Positions 56,337-64,000 of a DNA stretch of 64,000 nucleotides are shown piece after piece. The stretch spans positions 53,379 to 117,378 of IMG/VR virus record IMGVR_UViG_3300023180_005138. One strand, given 5' to 3'. Position 1 is the stretch's first letter. Every line of letters begins with the position of its first letter. The position numbers and the translations under genes are program-made. The notes under the pieces are model-generated. The model had not been told where the DNA came from. It saw only the letters and a list, made by a program, of their open reading frames with translations, and did not search any database. The stretch is from a virus.

Positions 56337-56537
56337 TTAGCTCTCCAGTGATGATTTTAATTTAGAAACAAATACTGACTTAGCTGCATCAAGTTGGTCA
56401 AAGCGCATCCTTAAGTTATCTTGCTGAATGCTAATATCTCTAAGCTGTGCAACGCACTTTAATTGGTCTTGATTAAAAGTGCTTAAATCATACTCTTTAT
56501 CATCAATTGTAATTTTATTTGTATTTTCTTCTGTCAT
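56337..56537 (-). CDS. Small coiled-coil fibre-associated protein
   Basis: ITIDDKEYDL followed by heptads; GAGGGG ribosome binding site. Confidence 0.7.
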   Translation of the reverse strand: MTEENTNKITIDDKEYDLSTFNQDQLKCVAQLRDISIQQDNLRMRFDQLDAAKSVFVSKLKSSLES

Positions 56538-56555
56538 AGTTCCCCTCTATCTTTC

Positions 56556-56909
56556 TTACGCCCAAGGCGCTATTTTATTTACTCTGGCTGGATTTTTTTG
56601 AGCATCAATTTGAGCATCAATAGAAGCTTTTAAACGAGCCTCTGCTTCCGAAGTAGTCTCTTCTCCTTCAACAAGGTTAGAGAGAGTCCAGCCTTTAACT
56701 ATTTCTTCAGTAAGACTAGCAAATGCTGTAAATGATCCAGCTTCTGCATCTCCTGTTGCAATAGAACCATAAACGGTTCCCGATACTGGAGATTCATCGT
56801 CAGTTTCTCCCGATAGTCTCCAATGAATTAATTTTACTACGTCAGTTAGATCACCTTCTGTAGGTGCTGTTTCAAGAGGTCCAAAAGACCATGTGTATGT
56901 TGTAGCCAT
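56556..56909 (-). CDS. Fibre-associated (chaperone-like) protein
   Basis: MATTYTWS...VVKLIHWRL...FASLTEEIVKGW, a type I recall next to fibre genes in marine phages. Confidence 0.65.
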   Translation of the reverse strand: MATTYTWSFGPLETAPTEGDLTDVVKLIHWRLSGETDDESPVSGTVYGSIATGDAEAGSFTAFASLTEEIVKGWTLSNLVEGEETTSEAEARLKASIDAQIDAQKNPARVNKIAPWA

Positions 56910-57154
56910 TAGTCATATTTCCTTTTTGGGTTTGAAATTATTTGATTTTTAAATGGTGTTTTTAAAGCGCACCACTCATCATATCCCATATAACCTGGTT
57001 TCTTACCAGCTGGTTTGGTGACCATTCTACCGAGGGGGGTGTAGAATTCGCACCAATCTTGTTTTTCTTTGTAACGCTGGTCAGACGAAGCCTGTTCCCA
57101 AGTACCTCCTGAACGAGATTTTTTATCACGATAGCGATAACGAAGTGTTGCCAT
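56909..57154 (-). CDS. Basic hypothetical protein (81 aa)
   Basis: TAATG overlaps on both sides. Confidence 0.7.
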   Translation of the reverse strand: MATLRYRYRDKKSRSGGTWEQASSDQRYKEKQDWCEFYTPLGRMVTKPAGKKPGYMGYDEWCALKTPFKNQIISNPKRKYD

Positions 57155-57294
57155 TACTTTTTCTTCTTTTTAGCTAAAATCGATTTCTGAAGTGCAGGAG
57201 GCAACTTCTTTTGAGCAGCAGTTAAACCACCGTTACCATTTGCTTTCTTCTTACCATTTTTCATAGGCTTCTTTTTACCATAATGTCCGGGCAT
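57154..57294 (-). CDS. Small Lys-rich protein (46 aa, MPGHYGKKKPMKNGKKK...LAKKKKK), not in the ORF track
   Basis: My translation; AGGAAG upstream, stop overlaps the next ATG. Confidence 0.72.
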   Translation of the reverse strand: MPGHYGKKKPMKNGKKKANGNGGLTAAQKKLPPALQKSILAKKKKK

Positions 57295-57296
57295 AG

Positions 57297-57467
57297 TTAT
57301 TTCTTCCTTTTTGTAGTAGAAGTACGGTATTTACCACCACGTTTTTTATATTCACGCACTAACCAACCATTAGCGTATGCAGAAGGATAAACCTTAAACT
57401 TGGATTTAGCCTCTGCCTTAACTCGATTGTATAGAGCTTTGTTGGTTGGAATTGCTTTTTGTGCCAT
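57297..57467 (-). CDS. Small basic protein (56 aa, MAQKAIPTNKALYNRVKAEAKSKFKVYPSAYANGWLVREYKKRGG...), not in the ORF track
   Basis: My translation; directly downstream of the 57477-57505 promoter. Confidence 0.75.
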   Translation of the reverse strand: MAQKAIPTNKALYNRVKAEAKSKFKVYPSAYANGWLVREYKKRGGKYRTSTTKRKK

Positions 57468-57476
57468 AATCTTTAT

Positions 57477-57505
57477 ACTTTACCTTATATTTTTGTAGGA
57501 GTCAA
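57477..57505 (-). promoter_or_regulatory. Promoter TTGACT-N17-TAAAGT with a near-leaderless first gene
   Basis: -35 at 57505-57500, -10 at 57482-57477, ATG 9 nt later. Confidence 0.65.
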
Positions 57506-57521
57506 ATCAAAATTTAAAATA

Positions 57522-60500
57522 TTATGTTTTAATAATAAACTTCACAGCTACAGCAGGATACGTAACTGTATGGGAATGTGACCCATGATTATTCACGCCT
57601 GTTACAACTGTAATGGAGTTTGTAACGTCTTTGTCTGTTGTAGAGTTAGTTGTACTAGTTGTAACACTATGACTCGTGGATCCCCCAGAAGATGTCGCTG
57701 CTTGGGCGCTTCCATTAATTTCATTAGTGGTCTTAGACCCAAGAGTATAGGTTGATGCGCCATAAGGAGCACGGTCCCTAAAGTCGGGCACATTGAATGT
57801 GGTAGAGCCGTCTCCTGTACCATAGGTAGTGCCGATTGCTGCGAATAAAGCGGAATATGTTGTTCTTGAAATAGCGCCCCCTTGGCATAAATACCAGCCC
57901 GAAGGGGCTGTAGCCGCTCCCCACATACCAATAAAGCCTGCAGGAATTACGTTAGCATTAATATCAGAGCCTAACCCTAAAGATTGTCTAAAGCCTGTTG
58001 CATTAGTTTTTCTAATATAGTTATCAGTTGATGAATAGAAGATAGTATCAGATGTTCTAGTTCCAGTAGCGTGAGACATATTAAAGTATGTGCTGAATCC
58101 ATATCTCATGTAAATATCACCAGAGCCATTTCTAGCTGCAATAGTAGAAGCTGTAGCTGAGGTTGAAGATTGCAAACCATCAAGTAAGTCAGCATCTAAA
58201 CCTGAACCGCTGCCATCGTTCCCCGCGTGCCAAACCCGATAATAGGTGGCGCCCATAGACCAACCGCCAACAGCAAAGTCATTAATGTCGCCCTTTAGTC
58301 CAAAGTATGCCGCGTAATCACCGCCTATATGGAATTGCATAAATGCGTCTGCACCTGCTGTGTCTTGATATACCTCTAATGTTGCTTGATCGCCGCTTGA
58401 AGTTTCAAGAACGTCATTAGAATAAAAACTAATTTCAACTCCGGTATTTGTAATCGCATCATCAGCATCACTTCTTAGAAAACTTGCTGATGAGATACCA
58501 TCAAGTAAATCAGCATCAAGACCTGACCCAGAACCATCTACTGTTTTAATAGCAGTTAGTATTTCAGCGGCAGTTTGATCAGCAGTAGCTCCCGACTCTA
58601 TTCCGTCGAGTTTAGTACCATCGGAAGCGACATCACGACCATCGACAGTGCCTGAAACAACAATGTTACCTGTTATAGTAACACCGCCACTATCGGTATT
58701 GAGTTTTTCAGCTCCATTATGATATAGTCTAGTTTCGCTATTTTCAATAAATTGAAGATGCCATTTATTATTTTGGTCATCGTAGATGCCACCAGTTGCT
58801 CCATCAGTCATAAAAGACCAAAGACCTTCATTGGAACTATTACTAATCTGTATGCCACCCCAAGTGCCTGTAGTGCTTTTTATCAGAAGTAAATCTGCAC
58901 GGTCAGTTGATTCGGTAAGCACTACTTCACTGCCAATATCGAGTGAGTTGCTTATATCAACATTAGTAGCTGTTACTGTACCATTGACAGTTAAACCACT
59001 GGTGGATAACTCCATATAATCACTTGCGCCGCCATCAGCAAGTGTACCAATATACCAACGATGAAGTGCACCAGATCTATTATATAATGTGCTAGCTTCA
59101 ACACCAATAGCATAACCAGTAGCACCAGACCCGGCATAAAGTTGAATGTGCCCATCGGTTGTTGTGCGATTTGAAAATACTAAATCGTCGTTGAGTGTTA
59201 TTACACCTGTCGCTGTATCGGCTGTGTCACTTCTCAAGAAACTTGCGCCTTGAATACCATCAACAGTATCAGCATCAATACCGTTACCAGAACCTTCGTC
59301 AGCAGTTGTAAGAATACGATTTCCATTAAGATTGATACTACCACCCGATTCCTGAAGTCTAGCATCATAATCTTCTCCGGTAGTATTCTTGAAGTCAATA
59401 TAAGCGCCACCAGCAGCACGAGTAATTTCAATAGCACCGTCTGAGGCGTTAAGAAGAACCTGTAAATTTGTCCCGTTGTTTACAGTAATATTGCCCGCAT
59501 CAAGAGTCAAACTTCCAGAGGTTATACTATCTGATGTATCACTTCTTAGATAACTAGCGCCTTGAACACCATCAAGAGTATCAGCATCAAGTCCAGATCC
59601 TGCACCGTCATTAGAAGTATCAAAGAATCCTAGTGCTCTAATTTCAGCAGCAGTCATTGTACCACCTGCAGAAGCAATACCTGCCGCAAGTTGAGCGGCG
59701 TTTGAAGAACGAGTAGCTTCTACTGCATAATACGCACTTGACTGACCGTCTAGTAAGTCAGCGTCTAGACCAGATCCTGCTCCGTCAACTGTTTTAATCT
59801 TAGTTAAAACGTCAGCAGCTGTATAACTTGATGAGGCAAGTTTAGCATCTAATGCTGTTTGTAATCCATCAATATTTGAGATGATATGATTATGGCTGTC
59901 ATCTGCGACTGTAACAACAATGCTTGTAGTACCTGAACCAGATGCGTCGCCGGATAGAGTAATAGTTTGGTTACCAGTTAAGTAAGAACCAGACGCTTGT
60001 TTACCATCTAACTGTGTTTGAATTGCCGAAGTAACTCCGTCAAGATATCCTAACTCTGTAGAAGTTACTGCAGATACGGCTACTTTACCAGAGCCGTCAG
60101 ATACAAGAGCCCTTGAAGCAGTTAAATTTCCTGTAGTAATTGAGGACACAGCACCAGCAATATTAGCAGTGCGACGTGCCTCAACAGCTGTAATATTTGT
60201 ATTAGCGCCATCAATACCACCTTTAGCGACTAGATAAGTTGCATAGACGTTAGCTACAGTATCCTTGGAGTCTAAAGTAGTTTGTAAGTTATCAATATTT
60301 GAGATAACGTGATTATGTGAGTCATCTGCTACGGTAACGGTAATAGCTGTAGTACCAGAGCCACTTACATCACCACTAAGAGTAATAGTTTCATTACCAG
60401 TTAAGTAAGAACCAGACGCTTGTTTTCCGTCTAATTGTGTTTGGATAGCGGAAGTTACGCCATCTAAGTATCCTAACTCTGTAGAGGTTACTGCAGATAC

Positions 60501-63500
60501 CGCTACCTTACCAGAACCGTCAGATACAAGGGCTCTAGAAGCAGTTAAGTCACCAGTAGTAATTGAGGATACCGCACCCGCAATATTCGCTACTCGACGA
60601 GACTCTACTGCTGTGATGTCAGTAGCATTAGTAACAGTATTAGAAGAAATAGTTCCAATCTGTGTAGAAACTGTAGTGCTAAAGTTAGCATCGTCTCCAA
60701 GAGCTGCAGCAAGTTCATTAAGAGTATTCAGAGCTTCTGGGGCACTATCTACAATGTTTGCTACCGCAGTCCCAACGAAGGCTGTTGTAGCAATTTGAGT
60801 AGTACTAGTCCCTGCAGCAGCTGTAGGAGCCGCTGGAACACCTGTGAAGGTTGGAGAAGCAGTAGTTGCTCTTAATCCAATAGCTGTGTTAGCGCCTGCA
60901 ATGCCTCCTTGTAGTGCAATCACGTTTGCTTCTTCAGCTGCGATTCTTGCGTTAGCACCAGAATGTGCTCCTAGTAGAATAGCAGTATTAGCAGCTCGTC
61001 TTGCTTCTAAGGCAGTAATATTAGTATTAGAGCCTCCTAGACCAGTTACAAGGTTAGTAATATCAGTATCGTTAGAAGAGATAGCAGAGTTGGCTCCATC
61101 AATACCGCCCTTAGCAACTAGATAAGTTGCATAAACATTTGCTACAGTATCTTTAGCATCAAGAGAGGTTTGAAGATTATCAATATTAGAAATAACATGA
61201 TTATGAGAATCATCAGCCACAGTAACTGTAATAGAAGTAGTTCCTGATCCACTAACATCTCCATTAAGAGTGATAGTTTGATTCCCTTCAAGTTTAGCGT
61301 CTAACTGGGTCTGAATAGCAGATGTGACTCCGTCTAAGTACCCTAGTTCTGTGGCTGTTACTGCAGATACAGCTACTTTACCAGACTCGTCAGAAGTTAA
61401 AGCTCTAGAAGCAGTTAGATCAGAAGTAGTGATTGATGATACTGCTCCAGCAATATTAGCAGTTCTACGAGCTTCTACAGCGGTAATATTTGTATTTGAT
61501 CCTCCAAGACCAGTGACTAGATTAGTAATGTCAGTATCGTTAGAACTAATATTAGTATTAGAACCTTCTAAACCAGTTACAAGATTAGTAATGTCAGTAT
61601 CGTTACTTGAAATAGCAGCGTTAGCACCGTCAATACCGCCTTTAGCGACTAGATACGTTGCATAAACGTTAGCTACGCTATCTTTAGTAGCTATAGTAGT
61701 ATTAGAACCTTCCAAACCAGTTACAAGGTTAGTAATGTCAGTATCGTTACTTGAAATAGCAGCGTTAGCACCGTCAATACCGCCTTGTAAAGCAATTACA
61801 TTTGCTTCTTCAGCAGCAATTCTAGCGTTAGCTCCAGAATGGGCTCCTAATAGAATAGCAGTATTAGCGTTTCTACGAGCTTCAAGAGCTGTAATAGAAG
61901 TATTAGACCCATCTAACCCAGTTATAAGGTTAGTAATTGAAGTATTAGATCCAGCGATACCACCTTGTAAAGCTACTGTATTAGCAGAGATAGTCCCAAT
62001 TTGAGTAGAAATTGTTGTAGCAAAATTTGCGTCATCTCCAAGAGCAGCAGCAAGCTCGTTTAAAGTATTAAGAGCTTCTGGAGCACTATCAACTATACCT
62101 GCAACAGCTGAGTCTACATAAGAAGTAGAAGCTTTTGTGCTTAAAGTAGTATTAGAACCTTCTAAACCAGTTACAAGATTAGTAATGTCAGTATCGTTAC
62201 TTGAAATAGCAGCGTTAGCACCGTCAATACCGCCTTTAGCGACTAGATACGTTGCATAAACGTTAGCTACGCTATCTTTAGTAGCTATAGTAGTATTAGA
62301 ACCTTCCAAACCAGTTACAAGGTTAGTAATGTCAGTATCGTTAGAAGCGATGTTGGTGTTAGCCCCTGTAATACCCCCTTGTAGGGCTATAACATTTGCC
62401 TCTTCTGCTGCTATTCTAGTATTAGCGCCTGAGTGAGCACCAAGTAGGATTGCTGTATTAGCTGCACGACGAGCTTCTAAAGCTGCAATATCTGTGTCAT
62501 TAGAAGCAATAGCTGTATTAGCCCCGTCAATACCGCCTTGTAAAGCAATTACATTTGCTTCTTCAGCCGCAATACGTGTATTAGCCCCTGAGTGCGCTCC
62601 GAGGAAGATTGATGTATTAGAGTCACGACGCGCTTCAAGAGCTGTAACATCTGTATTAGATCCTTCAAGACCCGTTACAAGATTCGTAATATCTGTATTA
62701 GTAGAGGCAATCTCATTAGAGAGAGCAGTATTAGCGCCTGCAATTCCGCCTTGTAGAGATATTACGTTGGCTTCTTCAGCAGCGATTCTAGCGTTAGAAC
62801 CAGTAAATGCTCCTAGGAAGATAGAAGTGTTGGCAGCACGCCTTGCCTCTAGTGCAGTAACATTTGTATTAGCACCATCTAACCCAGTTACAAGATTTGT
62901 GATATCTGTGTTAGTCTCTGCAATCTCATTAGCGAGGGCGGTATTAGCTCCAGCAATACCACCTTGTAGCGCAATTACGTTGGCTTCTTCAGCAGCGATT
63001 CTAGCATTAGATCCTGTAAAGGCGCCAAGGAAAATAGAGGTATTGGCTGCCCGACGAGTTTCATTTGCAGTAATATTGGTATTTGAACCCGCAATGCCAG
63101 TTTGAAGATTAACAGTGTTAGAAGAAATTGTACCAATCTGAGTTGCAGTAGTTGTAGCAAAGTTAGCGTCATCACCTAAAGCAGCTGCAAGTTCGTTAAG
63201 AGTATCTAAAGTCTCTGGAGCACTATCTACAATTGCTGCAATTTGAGCATCTACATAAGTAGTAGCGGCTTTTGTAGCAATAACAGTATTAGCTCCGTCT
63301 AGTCCAGTTATTAGATTTGTAATATCAGTATCGTTGCCAGAAATAGCGCTGTTAGCTCCAGTGATGCCACCCTGTAAAGCAATTACATTAGCCTCTTCTG
63401 CTGCAAGACGTGTGTTAGAACCTGAGAAAGCGCCTTCAAAGATTGAGGTATTAGCCGCCCGTCTAGCTTCAAGAGCTGTGATGTTAGTATTTGATCCGCC

Positions 63501-64000
63501 TAGTCCAGTGACTAGGTTTGTGATATCAGTATCATTTGATGAGATGTTTGTGTTGGCCCCAATCAATCCTCCTTGTAGGGAGATGACGTTTGCCTCCTCT
63601 GCAGCGATACGAGAATTTGAACCAGAAATGCCACTTTGTAACGCAATGACATTGGCTTCTTCAGCGGCGATACGAGAGTTTGACCCTCCGATGCCGGTAA
63701 CTAAATTTGTGACATCCACATTGGTAGCTGAGATTTCGTTAGCGAGAGCTGTATTAGCGCCTACGAGTCCTGTCTGAAGATTAATTACATTAGCCTCTTC
63801 TGAAGCTATACGAGTGTTTTGTCCCGCAGCTGACCCAAGAAGAATTGTCACATTTGATTCGAGTAGAGCAATATTGGCTGAAACGTTAGCAGCGCCACCA
63901 GCTTCTGGAGTGACAAGTGTAGCAGTTTGTCCAGAGGCGCCTGTGATCTTAATTCCTTCTTCGCCTTCTTCAGAGATTGAGACATTGCCAAGAAAGATAG
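57522..64000 (-). CDS. Giant repeat-rich tail fibre (>2150 aa, 5' end outside the window) with a C-terminal collar domain
   Basis: Frame is open from 64000 (IFLGNVSISEEG...) through the track start at 63851; contains coiled-coil repeats, SHNH repeats and a collar domain. Confidence 0.85.
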   Translation of the reverse strand, partial: IFLGNVSISEEGEEGIKITGASGQTATLVTPEAGGAANVSANIALLESNVTILLGSAAGQNTRIASEEANVINLQTGLVGANTALANEISATNVDVTNLVTGIGGSNSRIAAEEANVIALQSGISGSNSRIAAEEANVISLQGGLIGANTNISSNDTDITNLVTGLGGSNTNITALEARRAANTSIFEGAFSGSNTRLAAEEANVIALQGGITGANSAISGNDTDITNLITGLDGANTVIATKAATTYVDAQIAAIVDSAPETLDTLNELAAALGDDANFATTTATQIGTISSNTVNLQTGIAGSNTNITANETRRAANTSIFLGAFTGSNARIAAEEANVIALQGGIAGANTALANEIAETNTDITNLVTGLDGANTNVTALEARRAANTSIFLGAFTGSNARIAAEEANVISLQGGIAGANTALSNEIASTNTDITNLVTGLEGSNTDVTALEARRDSNTSIFLGAHSGANTRIAAEEANVIALQGGIDGANTAIASNDTDIAALEARRAANTAILLGAHSGANTRIAAEEANVIALQGGITGANTNIASNDTDITNLVTGLEGSNTTIATKDSVANVYATYLVAKGGIDGANAAISSNDTDITNLVTGLEGSNTTLSTKASTSYVDSAVAGIVDSAPEALNTLNELAAALGDDANFATTISTQIGTISANTVALQGGIAGSNTSITNLITGLDGSNTSITALEARRNANTAILLGAHSGANARIAAEEANVIALQGGIDGANAAISSNDTDITNLVTGLEGSNTTIATKDSVANVYATYLVAKGGIDGANAAISSNDTDITNLVTGLEGSNTNISSNDTDITNLVTGLGGSNTNITAVEARRTANIAGAVSSITTSDLTASRALTSDESGKVAVSAVTATELGYLDGVTSAIQTQLDAKLEGNQTITLNGDVSGSGTTSITVTVADDSHNHVISNIDNLQTSLDAKDTVANVYATYLVAKGGIDGANSAISSNDTDITNLVTGLGGSNTNITALEARRAANTAILLGAHSGANARIAAEEANVIALQGGIAGANTAIGLRATTASPTFTGVPAAPTAAAGTSTTQIATTAFVGTAVANIVDSAPEALNTLNELAAALGDDANFSTTVSTQIGTISSNTVTNATDITAVESRRVANIAGAVSSITTGDLTASRALVSDGSGKVAVSAVTSTELGYLDGVTSAIQTQLDGKQASGSYLTGNETITLSGDVSGSGTTAITVTVADDSHNHVISNIDNLQTTLDSKDTVANVYATYLVAKGGIDGANTNITAVEARRTANIAGAVSSITTGNLTASRALVSDGSGKVAVSAVTSTELGYLDGVTSAIQTQLDGKQASGSYLTGNQTITLSGDASGSGTTSIVVTVADDSHNHIISNIDGLQTALDAKLASSSYTAADVLTKIKTVDGAGSGLDADLLDGQSSAYYAVEATRSSNAAQLAAGIASAGGTMTAAEIRALGFFDTSNDGAGSGLDADTLDGVQGASYLRSDTSDSITSGSLTLDAGNITVNNGTNLQVLLNASDGAIEITRAAGGAYIDFKNTTGEDYDARLQESGGSINLNGNRILTTADEGSGNGIDADTVDGIQGASFLRSDTADTATGVITLNDDLVFSNRTTTDGHIQLYAGSGATGYAIGVEASTLYNRSGALHRWYIGTLADGGASDYMELSTSGLTVNGTVTATNVDISNSLDIGSEVVLTESTDRADLLLIKSTTGTWGGIQISNSSNEGLWSFMTDGATGGIYDDQNNKWHLQFIENSETRLYHNGAEKLNTDSGGVTITGNIVVSGTVDGRDVASDGTKLDGIESGATADQTAAEILTAIKTVDGSGSGLDADLLDGISSASFLRSDADDAITNTGVEISFYSNDVLETSSGDQATLEVYQDTAGADAFMQFHIGGDYAAYFGLKGDINDFAVGGWSMGATYYRVWHAGNDGSGSGLDADLLDGLQSSTSATASTIAARNGSGDIYMRYGFSTYFNMSHATGTRTSDTIFYSSTDNYIRKTNATGFRQSLGLGSDINANVIPAGFIGMWGAATAPSGWYLCQGGAISRTTYSALFAAIGTTYGTGDGSTTFNVPDFRDRAPYGASTYTLGSKTTNEINGSAQAATSSGGSTSHSVTTSTTNSTTDKDVTNSITVVTGVNNHGSHSHTVTYPAVAVKFIIKT
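61553..61749. repeat. 197-bp exact direct repeat, copy 1
   Basis: Identical by manual comparison to 62147-62343 (offset 594). Confidence 0.9.
62147..62343. repeat. 197-bp exact direct repeat, copy 2
   Basis: Identical to 61553-61749. Confidence 0.9.

Noticed and set aside
53423-57672. Near-identical segments at two fibre C-termini as a possible diversity-generating retroelement template/variable pair
   Set aside because: The four mismatches are synonymous and not adenine-specific, both copies are coding, and no reverse transcriptase is visible in the window.
60613-63777. Long + strand ORFs antisense to the giant fibre (e.g. 62494-63105, 63334-63777) and similar ones opposite the tape measure, capsid and J genes
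   Set aside because: Shadow frames produced by the Ala/Gly/Thr/Asn codon bias of the real minus-strand genes; no ribosome binding sites, and the repeats simply mirror the sense protein.
57522-64000. Repeats considered as a CRISPR array or satellite
   Set aside because: Repeats are in-frame protein modules with synonymous variation and no constant repeat-spacer period.
1-64000. Stop-codon reassignment
   Set aside because: Genes end normally at TAA, TAG (e.g. 2750, 6421) and TGA (e.g. 867, 8734), and core proteins are full length under the standard code.

Overview
A 64 kb stretch of an AT-rich tailed dsDNA phage genome (siphovirus) with T5-like gene order, probably from a marine or aquatic proteobacterial host (inferred from the Pho box and small genes reminiscent of marine phages). 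It has no tRNA, rRNA, CRISPR array or integrase that I could see. Bases 1-15044 (+ strand) carry nucleotide metabolism, recombination and replication genes: purT (partial), dCMP deaminase, a Pit-like phosphate permease downstream of a Pho box, sbcD/sbcC, nrdA/nrdB/glutaredoxin, a D14-like resolvase, a D15-like flap endonuclease, a degenerate dUTPase, thyX, a glycosyltransferase and a methyltransferase. Bases 15033-64000 (- strand) carry the late module: fibres, a lambda-like tail tip (M-L-K-I-J equivalents), tape measure, chaperones with a -1 frameshift, major tail protein, neck, a protease/capsid single ORF, portal, HNH, terminase and giant repeat-rich fibres. Most notable observations: (1) a Gly-flanked Hint domain that cannot splice canonically sits at the N-terminus of tail-tip protein J, beside a ubiquitin-like cleavage motif that J shares with protein I next to a JAB protease; (2) a triple Pho box lies upstream of a phosphate permease operon; (3) there are two unannotated structured RNAs (868-991 with its own promoter, and a terminator-pseudoknot switch at 41562-41668); (4) the head ORF has three nested in-frame starts (protease, scaffold-like, capsid); (5) radical SAM, glycosyltransferase and PP-loop enzymes are inserted by overlap into conserved core gene pairs; (6) two clusters of tiny Lys-rich ORFs are partly missing from the ORF track. 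Family calls come from motif recognition only; no database searches were run.
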